64,000 nucleotides of DNA from Alphaproteobacteria bacterium (GTDB lineage Bacteria; Pseudomonadota; Alphaproteobacteria; MPNO01). Below the pieces are notes generated by a model, which was not told where the DNA came from, searched no databases, and was given only the letters and a program-made list of their open reading frames with translations. The translations under genes were made by a program, and so were the position numbers. How positions within the stretch are numbered: position 1 is the first letter of the stretch; every line of letters begins with the position of its first letter. The stretch is from NCBI GenBank assembly GCA_965248835.1, contig CBDFLJ010000001.1, positions 1,760,001-1,824,000 on the forward strand. The letters are read 5' to 3'. This document shows, in pieces, positions 27,578 to 38,014 of this stretch.

Positions 27578-28237
27578 ATGACGCTCAGAATCAATTCGGA
27601 GGCCCCGAACTTCAACGCCGAGACCACCGATGGACCCATCGAGTTCCATCAATGGATCGGTGATAGCTGGGCCATCCTGTTCTCTCACCCGAAGGACTTC
27701 ACGCCGGTGTGCACGACCGAGCTCGGCTACATGGCCGGACTCGCGCCGGAATTCGCGAAGCGCAACACCAAGATCCTCGGCCTCAGCGTCGATCCCATCG
27801 GCAGCCACAAGGAGTGGTTCAAGGACATCGAGGAGACCCAGGGCAACAAGGTGACCTATCCGCTGGTCGGCGATCCGCAGCTCGATGTCGCCAAGCTCTA
27901 CGACATGCTGCCCGAGGGCGCGGGGGAAAGTTCCGACGGCAGGACCGCGGCCGATAACGCCACCGTCCGCTCGGTCTTCGTGATCGGCCCGGACAAGAAG
28001 ATCAAGGCGATGCTGACCTATCCCATGAGCACCGGCCGGAACTTCGACGAGGTCATGCGGCTGCTCGATTCGGTTCAGCTCACCGCCAGGCACGCGATCG
28101 CGACGCCGGTCAACTGGCAGAACGGCGAGGACTGCATCATCCTGACCTCGGTCTCCGACGAGGAGGCGGCGAAGAAGTATCCCAACGGCTGGAAGGCGCC
28201 CAGACCGTATCTGCGGATCGTCCCGCAGCCGAGCTAG
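27578..28237 (+). CDS. 1-Cys peroxiredoxin (Prx6 family)
   Basis: 'FSHPKDFTPVCTTE', 'YPMSTGRNFDE', 'ATPVNW'. Confidence 0.95.
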   Translation: MTLRINSEAPNFNAETTDGPIEFHQWIGDSWAILFSHPKDFTPVCTTELGYMAGLAPEFAKRNTKILGLSVDPIGSHKEWFKDIEETQGNKVTYPLVGDPQLDVAKLYDMLPEGAGESSDGRTAADNATVRSVFVIGPDKKIKAMLTYPMSTGRNFDEVMRLLDSVQLTARHAIATPVNWQNGEDCIILTSVSDEEAAKKYPNGWKAPRPYLRIVPQPS

Positions 28238-28425
28238 AGCCGGGTCACCCTGTCGGGAGGCGCACCGAGCGCGCGCAGGCAGTGCGCGTGCGCCTCCTGC
28301 TCGGCCGCTTCGGCGGATGGGTGCGGGCCGCCCATCTGTATGCGCTGTCCGTTCTGCCAGGCCGACCACAGATAATCCGTCGTCCCGTCGCGGTTGGCCC
28401 ACTGCTCGATCATCACCTCCAGCAT
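28234..28425 (-). CDS. Small hypothetical protein (63 aa)
   Basis: MLEVMIEQWANRDGTTDYLWSAWQNGQRIQMGGPH...; protein-like composition; fills the gap after the 28440 gene. Confidence 0.6.
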   Translation of the reverse strand: MLEVMIEQWANRDGTTDYLWSAWQNGQRIQMGGPHPSAEAAEQEAHAHCLRALGAPPDRVTRL

Positions 28426-28439
28426 CGCCGGTGCCCGCC

Positions 28440-29324
28440 CTATCGCCTCTGGTAGCGCGTGATCAGCGCCGCGCAATCCTCGCGCGCATGTCCGGCGTCC
28501 ATCGCCGCGCCGTAAATGCGAGCGGCGAGGTCGGTGATCGGCAACTCTGCGCCGACCGATGCCGCAAGCGTGCGGGCGTTCTGCGCGTCCTTGTGCATGG
28601 TCGCCAGATGGCCCAGCGGGTTGTCGAAGGTGCGCGCGATCATGCGCGGCGCGAAGAGCTGGAACGGGATCGAATCGGCGAAACCGCCCTGCAGCGCCTC
28701 GGGCAGCTTCGCCGCGTCGACACCGGCGCGCTCGGCGAGCGCCAGGGCCTCGGCGACGACCGCCAGATTGCACGACACGATCACCTGGTTGCACAGTTTT
28801 GCAACCTGGCCGGCGCCGATATCGCCCATATGGGTGACACGCCGGCTGAACGAGGCGAGGATCGGCCGCACGGAATCGACATCCTCGGCCCGCCCGCCGG
28901 CCATGATCGCCAGGCTCGCCTGCTCGGCGCCAGGGACGCCGCCGGAGACCGGCGCGTCGATCCAGCGCATGCCGGTCTCGTTTGCCAGTCGGGCGGCCAT
29001 CGCCCGCGTCTCGGCGACGCCGATCGACGACAGATCGACCAGCAGCTTGCCGGGGGCCGCACCGGCGGCGATCCCATCGGCGCCGAAGACCACCTGCTCG
29101 ACCGCCGCGCTGTCGCTCACACACGTCATCACGACCGCAGCGCCGCGGGTCAGCGCGGCCGGGCTGTCGGCGGTCGCGGCCCCGGCCGCGGCGAGGGGCG
29201 CGTATTTCTCGGCCGAGCGATTCCACACCGTCAAGGCGTGGCCCGCGGCCAGCAGGTTGTGCGTCATCGGCCGGCCCATCAGGCCGAGGCCGATGAAGCC
29301 CAGCTTCGTGTCCGCATCGGGCAT
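28440..29324 (-). CDS. NAD(P)-dependent beta-hydroxyacid dehydrogenase (3-hydroxyisobutyrate/tartronate semialdehyde reductase family)
   Basis: 'GFIGLGLMG', 'DAPVSGG', 'GQVAKLCNQ'. Confidence 0.92.
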   Translation of the reverse strand: MPDADTKLGFIGLGLMGRPMTHNLLAAGHALTVWNRSAEKYAPLAAAGAATADSPAALTRGAAVVMTCVSDSAAVEQVVFGADGIAAGAAPGKLLVDLSSIGVAETRAMAARLANETGMRWIDAPVSGGVPGAEQASLAIMAGGRAEDVDSVRPILASFSRRVTHMGDIGAGQVAKLCNQVIVSCNLAVVAEALALAERAGVDAAKLPEALQGGFADSIPFQLFAPRMIARTFDNPLGHLATMHKDAQNARTLAASVGAELPITDLAARIYGAAMDAGHAREDCAALITRYQRR

Positions 29325-29449
29325 TATCCCGCCTCCCCCAAGCACCGGATCATGACCCCAGTATAGCTCTCGTTCCGCGCCGCGGTCAGCCGTGGCGCTT
29401 GCCAGCGCACCGGCGTGTGGGCTATCGGGACCACGCAGGGAGACCGGCC

Positions 29450-29920
29450 ATGACCACCGAAGACCACATGCGGCGGGCGATCGGCCTGTCCGAGGAGATG
29501 ATGCGGGCGAACCGCGGCGGGCCGTTCGGAGCGGTCGTCGTCAAGGACGGCGAGGTCATCGCGGAGGGGTTCAACAAGGTCACCTCCGACAACGACCCGA
29601 CCGCGCACGCGGAGATTGTCGCAATCCGCGCAGCGTGCATCCGGCTTGCGTCGTTCTCGCTGGAGGGTTGCGAGATCTACACCTCCTGCGAGCCCTGCCC
29701 GATGTGTCTGGCGGCGATCTACTGGGCGCGGATCGGACGCATCTATTACGCCAACACCCGCCGGGATGCTGCCGAGATCGGGTTCGACGACGATCATATC
29801 TATCGCGAGATCGCGCTGCCGATCGCCGCGCGCGCCGTGCAGATGGACCGCCTGCTGGCCGAGGACGCCGCCCCGGCCTTTCGCGAATGGGAAGCCCGGA
29901 CGAACAAAATCCGCTATTGA
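29450..29920 (+). CDS. guaD: Guanine deaminase (cytidine-deaminase fold)
   Basis: 'GGPFGAVV', 'DPTAHAE', 'SCEPCPMC', 'GFDD'. Confidence 0.85.
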   Translation: MTTEDHMRRAIGLSEEMMRANRGGPFGAVVVKDGEVIAEGFNKVTSDNDPTAHAEIVAIRAACIRLASFSLEGCEIYTSCEPCPMCLAAIYWARIGRIYYANTRRDAAEIGFDDDHIYREIALPIAARAVQMDRLLAEDAAPAFREWEARTNKIRY

Positions 29921-29946
29921 TGTCGCCGGGTTAACCGGAGCTTGGC

Positions 29947-31659
29947 ATGAGCCTCACCAGAGCCTCGCTGGCCAAACGCATCGACCAGGCCCTCGGCCGA
30001 AGCCGGGCGGATGTCGTCATCAAGGGCGCGCGCATCCTCAACCTGGCGACCGGTGTGCCGGAGGACGGCGACATCGCGATCGCCGATGAGGTGATCGTCG
30101 GCACCCATGACGACTATGCCGGCGATTTGACCATCGATGGCCGCGGCGCGGTCGTGGTTCCGGGCTTCATCGACACCCATGTCCATGTCGAGAGCACCTG
30201 CGTCACGCCGGCGGAGTTCGACCGCTGCGCGCTGCCGAAGGGGACGACGACGGCGATCTGCGATCCCCATGAGATCGTCAACGTGTTGGGAACCCAGGGG
30301 CTGGAATATTTCTTCGACAGCGCCGGCGATCTGGTGATGGACCTGCGGGTCCAGCTTTCGAGCTGCGTGCCCTCGACCGCGCTGGAGACCGCGGGTGCGC
30401 GGCTGAGCGCCGAGGATCTGGTGCGCTACCGCGACCGCGCGCCGGTCGTCGGACTCGCCGAGTTCATGAGCTTCGGCGACATCTTCGCCCATGACGGGCC
30501 GACGCTCGACAAGCTGATCGCCTTCGAGGGCGCCCATATCGACGGCCACGCGCCGCTGCTGTCGGGCTATGAGCTCAACGCCTATGCGTCCTGCGGCATC
30601 CACAACTGCCACGAGAGCACCAGCCTCGCCGAGGCGGAGGAAAAGCTGCGCAAGGGCTTCCAGGTGCTGGTGCGCGACGGCAGCGCGTGCAAGGACGCCG
30701 CTACGCTGGCGCCGCTGTTGAGCATGGAAACCTCGCCCTTCATCGCCTTCTGCACCGATGACCGCAACCCGTTGGACATCGCCGAGGAGGGCCATCTCGA
30801 TCACGTCATCCGCACGGTCATCGCATCGGGCGCGCCGGCCGCGGCGGCCTATCGCGCGGCGACCTGGTCGGCGGCCCAGGGGTTCGGCCTGCGCGACCGC
30901 GGACTGGTTGCCCCGGGATATCGGGCCGATCTGGTGCTGCTCGACGACCTGGAGACCTGTCGGGTGCGGGATGTGATCCGTAGCGGCGCCCTGGTCCGGG
31001 AGGACCGCTTCCCCGACCGTTCGCACGCGCGGCCGCCGGTGGGCTACGGATCGGTCCGGCTCGACCCGGTCGATGTCTCGGCCTTCGCCGTTCCATCCGC
31101 CGGGCCGACGGGCCCGGTCATCGGCGTCATCCCGGGCGCCGTGCTGACCGAGCATCTGCGGATGAGCCTGCCCTATGGCGGCGGCCTGCGCGAGCGCGAC
31201 CTCGACCAGGATGTGCTCAAGGTCTGCGTCTTCTCGCGCCACGGCAAGAACCGCAATGTCGGGCGCGGCTTCGTCAAGGGATTCGGGCTCAAACGCGGCG
31301 CGCTCGCCTCGAGCGTCGGCCATGACAGCCACAATGTGATCACGCTGGGCTGCACGGACTCCGACATGGCGGCGGCGGTCAACCGGTTGATCGAGATCCA
31401 GGGCGGGTTCGTCGCCGTCGCCGAGGGCAGCGTCGTCGCCGAGCTGGCGCTGCCGGTCGCCGGCCTGATCAGCGACAAGCCGTTCGAGGACGTGCGCGAG
31501 GGGCTGCGCGCCCTACGCCGCGCGGTGGCCGACCTCGGCTGCCCGCTGGCCGAGCCGCTGCTGCAGCTCGCATTCCTGCCCCTGCCGGTGATCCCGCACC
31601 TCAAGATCACCGATCACGGTCTGGTCGATGTCGACCGGTTCGAGCTGATCGCGGCGTAG
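29947..31659 (+). CDS. ade: Adenine deaminase
   Basis: 'DTHVHVES', 'DPHEIVNV', 'CTDDRNP', 'SSVGHDSHN', 'LPVIPHLKIT'. Confidence 0.95.
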   Translation: MSLTRASLAKRIDQALGRSRADVVIKGARILNLATGVPEDGDIAIADEVIVGTHDDYAGDLTIDGRGAVVVPGFIDTHVHVESTCVTPAEFDRCALPKGTTTAICDPHEIVNVLGTQGLEYFFDSAGDLVMDLRVQLSSCVPSTALETAGARLSAEDLVRYRDRAPVVGLAEFMSFGDIFAHDGPTLDKLIAFEGAHIDGHAPLLSGYELNAYASCGIHNCHESTSLAEAEEKLRKGFQVLVRDGSACKDAATLAPLLSMETSPFIAFCTDDRNPLDIAEEGHLDHVIRTVIASGAPAAAAYRAATWSAAQGFGLRDRGLVAPGYRADLVLLDDLETCRVRDVIRSGALVREDRFPDRSHARPPVGYGSVRLDPVDVSAFAVPSAGPTGPVIGVIPGAVLTEHLRMSLPYGGGLRERDLDQDVLKVCVFSRHGKNRNVGRGFVKGFGLKRGALASSVGHDSHNVITLGCTDSDMAAAVNRLIEIQGGFVAVAEGSVVAELALPVAGLISDKPFEDVREGLRALRRAVADLGCPLAEPLLQLAFLPLPVIPHLKITDHGLVDVDRFELIAA

Positions 31660-32267
31660 GTCTCGGCAGCCCTGCCGGCCAGCCGCATGGTTTCGGCCTC
31701 CAGCGCGGCCGCGGGGGCGACATGGTTGACCAGGCCGATCTCCCGCGCGCGGCCGGCATCGTAGGTCCGCCCTTCGAGCACGATCTCCAAGGCCCGCGCG
31801 CGGCCGACCAGGCGCACCAATCCGTCGACGAACGTCCTGTCGAGGAACAGGCCGATGATCTTTGGCGAGACCCGGAAGACCGCCTCGGCGGCGGCGATCC
31901 GCAGATCGCAATGGCAGGCGATGTCGACCCCGCTGCCCATGCAATAGCCTTCGATCATCGCGATCGTGGGCATGGGCAGCGCAGCCAGCCGGCCGGTCGC
32001 CCGACCGGTCGCCTCGCTATAGGCCCTGGCCTGTGCCGGATCGGCGCGCTCGACGCCGAACCGGGCCATGTCGAGCCCGGTCGAGAACGCCCGGCCGCCG
32101 GTGCCGCGCACGATCACGCAGCCGACGCCGTCCGCGGCCTCGATCGCGCCGAGGACCGCTTCCAGCGCTTCCCAGTCCGCGCGTGCCAGCGCGTTGAACG
32201 TCGCCGCCCTGGCCAGCGTGACCCAGGCGAGCGCGCCGTCCCGGGTGAGCAAGATCCCTTCACTCAT
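31614..32267 (-). CDS. Enoyl-CoA hydratase/isomerase family protein, apparently C-terminally truncated
   Basis: 'AFSTGLD', 'PTIAMIEGYCMGSG', 'CDLRIA'; only 217 aa and runs into the ade 3' end. Confidence 0.75.
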   Translation of the reverse strand: MSEGILLTRDGALAWVTLARAATFNALARADWEALEAVLGAIEAADGVGCVIVRGTGGRAFSTGLDMARFGVERADPAQARAYSEATGRATGRLAALPMPTIAMIEGYCMGSGVDIACHCDLRIAAAEAVFRVSPKIIGLFLDRTFVDGLVRLVGRARALEIVLEGRTYDAGRAREIGLVNHVAPAAALEAETMRLAGRAAETYAAISSNRSTSTRP

Positions 32268-32404
32268 GCGGCAAGGCTAACGCATTTGCCGTTCGAGGAA
32301 AGTCGTCCCGGCGATGAAAATCCGCGCCGGTTCGCTTTGTCATCCTCCGGCGATTCGCTCTATCATCGCCGCGCCCGAGTGTGCCCCGAAGGCGAAGCCG
32401 ATCC

Positions 32405-33136
32405 ATGGATACGTTCCGTTTTCTGATCGATATCACCGTATGCCTGCGGCGGCTGGGAGGCATCCCGCTGCCCGCCGATGGGCGGGAAACCGAACGAACG
32501 CTCGCCCAGGCGGGCTGGGCTCTGCCGGTCCTGGGAGCCTTCTTTGGCGGAATTGTCGCGGCGGTTTATCTTGTGGTCTCCGCGCTCGGCCTCGGGCCGG
32601 GGCTCGCCGCGGTGGTCGCCGTTGCCGTGTCGGTCGGTCTGACCGGCGCCGGCCCGGAGCGGGCACTGGCCGGTGCGGCCACGCATCTGGCATGGCGCGA
32701 AGGGGACAGCCGGCCGTCATTCGGCGAATGGGGGACGATCTCGCTGGTGCTCGCGCTCGCCATCCGCATCGGGGTGATCGCGGCGATCGAAGATCCCCAC
32801 GCGGTCGCCGGCGCGCTGGTCGGGGCCGGGGCGATCGGCTATGCGGCGCTGATGGCCGCCTTGGCCGCAACCGCCGCCGAGACCGAAGCGCCGGCCGGCG
32901 AACCCGGCACGCCCGGGATCGGCGCCGTCGGGGCCGCGGTGCTGATCGGGCTCGCGGTCTCTCTGATCGTGGTCCCGCATGGCTGGCTCGCCGCGGTGAT
33001 CCTGGCCGGGCTGGCGACCGCCGGCCTCGCCTGGACGGCCTCGCGGCGGGTGCCGGGCGTCAGCGGTGCGCTCGGCCGGGCAGCGATGCCGGTCGCCGAG
33101 GCCTTGGCGTTGCTGGCAATCGCCGCCGCCCGCTGA
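32405..33136 (+). CDS. CobS-like (adenosylcobinamide-GDP ribazoletransferase family) membrane protein, divergent
   Basis: 'WALPVLGA', 'LTGAGPERALA' at the position of CobS 'TGxLHxDGLAD', 'GVSGALGRA'. Confidence 0.6.
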   Translation: MDTFRFLIDITVCLRRLGGIPLPADGRETERTLAQAGWALPVLGAFFGGIVAAVYLVVSALGLGPGLAAVVAVAVSVGLTGAGPERALAGAATHLAWREGDSRPSFGEWGTISLVLALAIRIGVIAAIEDPHAVAGALVGAGAIGYAALMAALAATAAETEAPAGEPGTPGIGAVGAAVLIGLAVSLIVVPHGWLAAVILAGLATAGLAWTASRRVPGVSGALGRAAMPVAEALALLAIAAAR

Positions 33137-33173
33137 GCCGGGCCGGGCCGGGCAGAGCTGATCGGAACATGGG

Positions 33174-35258
33174 CTACGCCTCCTCGGGGCCAAGCACCAT
33201 CAGCAGGAACGCGTAGACCATCGCGACTTCCTCCAGCCGGCGAAACCGGCCCGAGGCGCCGCCGTGGCCGGCCGCCATGTTGGTGTGCAGCAGGAGCGGC
33301 CGGTCATCGGTCTTGAGCCGGCGGAGCCGCGCCACCCACTTGGCGGGCTCCCAATAGGTCACCCGCGGGTCGGTCAGTCCCGCAGTGGCGAAGATCGCCG
33401 GATAGTCCTGCGCCGCGACGTTGTCGTAGGGCGAATAGGACCGGATGGTTCGGAAGGCGGCCTCGTCCTCGATCGGGTTGCCCCATTCGGGCCATTCCGG
33501 GGGGGTCAGCGGCAGGTCCGCGTCGCACATGGTGTTGAGCACGTCGACGAACGGCACCTCGGCCAGGACCGCGCCGTAGAGGTCCGGCCGCTGGTTCGCC
33601 ACCGCGCCCATCAGCATGCCGCCGGCGCTGCCGCCATGGGCGGCGATCCGGCCCTTGGCGGTCAGCCCCAGCGCGAGGAGGTGATCGCCGGCGGCGTTGA
33701 AGTCGGCAAACGTGTTGGGCTTCTTCTCGCGCTTGCCGTCGAGATACCAGCCATAGCCGCAATCGGCGCCGCCGCGGATATGGGCGATCGCGTAGATGAA
33801 CCCGCGGTCGACCAGGCTCAACCGGTTGGTCGAGAACGCCGCCGGGATCGCATGTCCGTAGGCGCCGTAGCCGTAGAGCAGCACCGGCGCGGTCCCGTCG
33901 AGCGGCGTGTCCGCGCGGTGGAGCAGCGAGATCGGCACCTGCGCGCCGTCATGGCCGGTCGCGGTGAGCCTGCGGGTGACATAGGCGGCCGGGTCGTGGC
34001 CGGAGGGGATTTCCTGGGTCTTGCGCAGGGTCCGGGCGCGGCTGGCCATGTCGTAGTCGAAGGTCTGCTGCGGCGTGGTCATCGAGCTGTAGGTGAAGCG
34101 CAGGCTCGCTGTGGCGAACTCGTAGCCCGGCAGGATGCCGAGGTCGTAGGCTTCCTCGTCGAAGGCGATTTCGTGCTCCTCACCTTCGGCCAGGCTGGTG
34201 ATCACGATGCGCGGCAGCCCGTCCGCACGCTCGAGCCGGACCAGATGGCCCTCGAAGGCGGTCAACCTGCGGACATGGCGGCCCGTCCGGTGCGCCAACC
34301 AGTCCCGCCACGACCGGCGGCCGGGCGCGGCGAGCGGGGCCGCGACGATCTTGAAGTCGATCGCATCATCGGCGTTGGTCAGGATGTAGAGTTGGTCGCC
34401 GTGATGGGCGGGGTGATATTCGATCCCGGCCTCGCGCGCGGCGATCAGGCGCGGCGCGCTTTCGGGGTCATCGGCCTCGATCAGGCGGACTTCCGAGGTC
34501 GTGTGGTCATGCGCCGAGATCACCACGAACCGGCCGCTTTCGGACTTCCCCAGGCCGACAAAGAACCCCGGGTCCGGCTCGTCATAGACCACCGCATCAT
34601 CGGCGGCATCGGCGCCCACGACGTGGCGGCGGATCTGATGCGGGCGGTGGTTGTCGTCGATCGCCGTGTAGAAGATGGTCCTGGCATCGTTGGCCCAGAC
34701 CAGGTGGCCGCCTGCGTCTTCGATCGGGCCGTCGATCACCGCATCGGCGGCGATGTCGCGCACGAAGATCCGGTAGCGCTCCGAGCCGTTGAGGTCGAGG
34801 CTGTAGGCGATCAGGCGGTGATCGGGGCTGTGCCGGCAATGGCCGACCTTGAAATAGGCGGCCCCTTCGGCCTCGCGGTTGCCGTCGAGCAGGATGTGCT
34901 CGGCTTGCTCCCGGCCCATGGCCGCGCGGCAAAACAGCGGATGCTCGCCGCCCTCGACATGGCGGACGGAATAGGACCAGGCGCCGTCCCGCGCCGGGAC
35001 CGTGGAGTCGTCCTCCTTGATGCGCGCCCGCATTTCGTCATAGAGCGTCTTGCGCAACGCCCGGTGGGGCGCGAGCACGGCCTCGGTGTAGGCGTTCTCG
35101 GCCTCCAGATAGGCGCGGATCGCCGCATCGAGCGTGGTCGGATCGCGCATCACGGCCTGCCAGCCCTTGTCCTTGAGCCAGGCGTAGGGATCGCTGCGGG
35201 CGATACCGTGCAGGGTGGCGGTCCGCGGTTGCTCGGGCGCGCGGGGCGGTGCGCTCAT
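33174..35258 (-). CDS. ptrB: Oligopeptidase B (S9A)
   Basis: 'DPYAWL', 'YGYGAYG', 'GGSAGG', 'DPRVTYWEPAKW', 'AGHGG'. Confidence 0.93.
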   Translation of the reverse strand: MSAPPRAPEQPRTATLHGIARSDPYAWLKDKGWQAVMRDPTTLDAAIRAYLEAENAYTEAVLAPHRALRKTLYDEMRARIKEDDSTVPARDGAWSYSVRHVEGGEHPLFCRAAMGREQAEHILLDGNREAEGAAYFKVGHCRHSPDHRLIAYSLDLNGSERYRIFVRDIAADAVIDGPIEDAGGHLVWANDARTIFYTAIDDNHRPHQIRRHVVGADAADDAVVYDEPDPGFFVGLGKSESGRFVVISAHDHTTSEVRLIEADDPESAPRLIAAREAGIEYHPAHHGDQLYILTNADDAIDFKIVAAPLAAPGRRSWRDWLAHRTGRHVRRLTAFEGHLVRLERADGLPRIVITSLAEGEEHEIAFDEEAYDLGILPGYEFATASLRFTYSSMTTPQQTFDYDMASRARTLRKTQEIPSGHDPAAYVTRRLTATGHDGAQVPISLLHRADTPLDGTAPVLLYGYGAYGHAIPAAFSTNRLSLVDRGFIYAIAHIRGGADCGYGWYLDGKREKKPNTFADFNAAGDHLLALGLTAKGRIAAHGGSAGGMLMGAVANQRPDLYGAVLAEVPFVDVLNTMCDADLPLTPPEWPEWGNPIEDEAAFRTIRSYSPYDNVAAQDYPAIFATAGLTDPRVTYWEPAKWVARLRRLKTDDRPLLLHTNMAAGHGGASGRFRRLEEVAMVYAFLLMVLGPEEA

Positions 35259-35412
35259 GCAAGAAGCCTTTCGTTTGAGCGGCCGGAAGACCTAGCCGAA
35301 ATCCGCCAAGGCGCACAGAGAAATAAAACACCGATCCGGTGCTTGACCATCCGAGCCGGCAAGGGCCAATTAGGACGCGAGATCATTCACGACACCGGCA
35401 AGGTCGTGTCCA

Positions 35413-36645
35413 ATGTCCCAGAGAGTCGGGCTGTCCGCGCGGCGCAAGTCGGTACCGGTTCCCATCGGTGGGGTGGTCGTCGGGGGCGATGCACCGGTCG
35501 TGGTCCAGTCGATGACCAACACCGATACCGCCGATGTCGAAGCGACCGCCGCCCAGGTCGCCGCGCTCGCCCGCGCCGGCTCGGAGATCGTGCGTATCAC
35601 CGTCGACCGGGCCGAAGCCGCCGATGCGGTGCCGCGCATCCGCGACCGGCTGACGGCGCTCGGCGTCGAGGTCCCGCTGGTCGGCGATTTCCACTATATC
35701 GGACACAAACTGCTCACCGACCATCCGGCGTGCGCCGAGGCGTTGGCTAAATACCGCATCAACCCCGGAAATGTCGGCTTTCGCGCCAAGCGCGACGTGC
35801 AGTTCTCGACCATGATCGAAGTGGCGCTGAAATACGACCGGCCGGTGCGCATCGGAGTCAATTGGGGCAGCCTCGACCAGGAACTCCTGGCCCGGATGAT
35901 GGACGAGAACGCCAGGCGCGCCGAGCCTGCGGACGCTGCCCAGATCACCCGCGAGGCCATGGTCGCCTCGGCCCTGGGCAGCGCCGAGCGCGCCGGCGCG
36001 CTCGGCATGGGGCCGGACAAGATCGTGCTGTCGTGCAAGGTCTCCGCCGTCCAGGACCTGATTGCGGTCTATTCCGCGCTTGCCGCGCAGTGCGCGTACG
36101 CGCTCCACCTCGGGCTCACCGAGGCCGGCATGGGCAGCAAGGGGATCGTCGCCTCGACGGCGGCGCTTGCGGTGCTGCTCCAGCAGGGGATCGGCGATAC
36201 CATCCGCATCTCGCTTACGCCCGAGCCCGGCGGGGACCGCACCCGCGAAGTGATCGTCGCCCAGGAGATCCTGCAGACCATGGGCCTGCGCTCGTTCGTG
36301 CCCCTGGTCGCGGCCTGTCCGGGCTGCGGGCGGACGACCAGCACCGTCTTCCAGGAGCTTGCCGATCGCATCCAGGGCTATTTGCGCGACAAGATGCCCG
36401 ACTGGTCCCGGACCCATATCGGAGTCGAGACCATGAACGTCGCCGTGATGGGCTGCATCGTCAACGGCCCGGGCGAAAGCAAGCACGCCAATATCGGCAT
36501 CAGCCTGCCCGGCACCGGCGAGGAGCCGGCCGCCCCGGTCTTCGTCGACGGCAAGAAGACCGTCACCTTGCGCGGCCCCGCCATCGCCGACGCGTTTCAG
36601 CGCCTGGTCGACGACTATGTCGAGAACCACTATGCGCGCCGCTGA
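35413..36645 (+). CDS. ispG: (E)-4-hydroxy-3-methylbut-2-enyl-diphosphate synthase
   Basis: 'VQSMTNT', 'RINPGN', 'HLGLTEAG', 'ACPGCGRT', '[10 protein letters not shown]'. Confidence 0.97.
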   Translation: MSQRVGLSARRKSVPVPIGGVVVGGDAPVVVQSMTNTDTADVEATAAQVAALARAGSEIVRITVDRAEAADAVPRIRDRLTALGVEVPLVGDFHYIGHKLLTDHPACAEALAKYRINPGNVGFRAKRDVQFSTMIEVALKYDRPVRIGVNWGSLDQELLARMMDENARRAEPADAAQITREAMVASALGSAERAGALGMGPDKIVLSCKVSAVQDLIAVYSALAAQCAYALHLGLTEAGMGSKGIVASTAALAVLLQQGIGDTIRISLTPEPGGDRTREVIVAQEILQTMGLRSFVPLVAACPGCGRTTSTVFQELADRIQGYLRDKMPDWSRTHIGVETMNVAVMGCIVNGPGESKHANIGISLPGTGEEPAAPVFVDGKKTVTLRGPAIADAFQRLVDDYVENHYARR

Positions 36646-36723
36646 GACGGCCGCCGGTGGGCAGCCGCCCCGGCGAGCGATCCAATGAGCCGGCCGAACG
36701 GCGCGCCGGCATGGGGACAAGCG

Positions 36724-37998
36724 ATGAGCACACCGGTCAAGAAGTTCGATTTGATCCTGCGCGGCGGCCATGTCATCGACCCCGCGGCCCGGCGCAACGG
36801 GCCGGCCGATGTCGCTGTAAGCGGCGGCCGGATCGCCGCCGTCGGCAAGGGGCTGAAGGGCGCCAAGCGGGTCATCGACGTGACCGGCAGCATCGTCCTG
36901 CCGGGCATGATCGACACCCACGCCCATGTCTACAAGCACGTGACGGGGAAGTTCGGGCTCGACGCCGACATGTGCGGCATCCGCTCGGGCGTGACCACGC
37001 TGGTCGACCAGGGCGGACCGAGCCTGATGACCGTCCCCGGGTTCCGCCGCTTCGTCGTCGATCAGGCCACCACCCGGGTCCTGTGCTTCCTGTCGGCCTA
37101 CATGGTGGGCGGGCTGGAGGGGCACTACTACCCCTCGCTGTACGGCCCGGATCAGGTCGATGTCGAGGGCACTGCCCAGGCGGCGATCGAGAACGCCGAC
37201 ATCGTCAAGGGCATCAAGGCCCACGGAGAGATCGGCGGCGCCTCGCGCTGGGGCTGTGAGGTGGTCAAGCGCGCCAAGGAGATCGCGCGCATCGCCAAGA
37301 TGCCGATCTACATCCATCTGGGCCAGGTGTGGCCGACCAAGGACAACCGCAACGTCGATCCCGACGAGATTGTGCGCCAGTTCGTGCCCTTGATGGAGGA
37401 GGGCGACATCCTCGCCCATCCGTTCACCCGCCACCCGGGCGGGTTCATCTCCGCCGAGACCGGCAAGATCCACCCCGTGGTGATGGAGGCGATCGCGCGC
37501 GGGGTGCGGATCGATGTCGGGCACGGCTCGCATTTCAGCCTCAGGATGGCGCGCATGGTGCTGGACCAGGGGATCGTCCCCTACACGCTGGGCGCGGACC
37601 TGCACGGCTACAACGTCACCGCGCCCGAGGAGGCCATCGGCTCGAAGTCCAAGTGGTACGACCCCTTCGTCGAGAACGCCCCGTTCAGCCTGTGCCACGC
37701 GATGACGGAGCTGTTGACGCTCGGCCTGGCGCTGCCGGACATCGTCAAGATGGTCACCTCGCACGCCGCGATCGTGCTGGGCATGCAAAAGCACATCGGC
37801 ACGCTCAGGAAGGGCCGCGCGGCCGATGTGAGCGTGATCGACCTGGTTTCCGGTCGCTGGGAGCTGCGCGACAACTCCGGCGATATGATGATCGCCGAGC
37901 GCGCGGTGGTGCCGCGCTTCGTGCTCAAGGACGGCGTGCGGTTCGATGCCGACTCGCCGATCCTGCCGCTTCCTGCCCCGGCGGCCGAAGCGGCCTAG
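36724..37998 (+). CDS. Amidohydrolase/deacetylase family metallohydrolase (dihydroorotase-like)
   Basis: 'PGMIDTHAH', 'GVTTLVDQG', 'GIKAH', 'DVGHG'. Confidence 0.88.
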   Translation: MSTPVKKFDLILRGGHVIDPAARRNGPADVAVSGGRIAAVGKGLKGAKRVIDVTGSIVLPGMIDTHAHVYKHVTGKFGLDADMCGIRSGVTTLVDQGGPSLMTVPGFRRFVVDQATTRVLCFLSAYMVGGLEGHYYPSLYGPDQVDVEGTAQAAIENADIVKGIKAHGEIGGASRWGCEVVKRAKEIARIAKMPIYIHLGQVWPTKDNRNVDPDEIVRQFVPLMEEGDILAHPFTRHPGGFISAETGKIHPVVMEAIARGVRIDVGHGSHFSLRMARMVLDQGIVPYTLGADLHGYNVTAPEEAIGSKSKWYDPFVENAPFSLCHAMTELLTLGLALPDIVKMVTSHAAIVLGMQKHIGTLRKGRAADVSVIDLVSGRWELRDNSGDMMIAERAVVPRFVLKDGVRFDADSPILPLPAPAAEAA

Positions 37999-38014
37999 CC
38001 GGCGGGCAGGGTCG

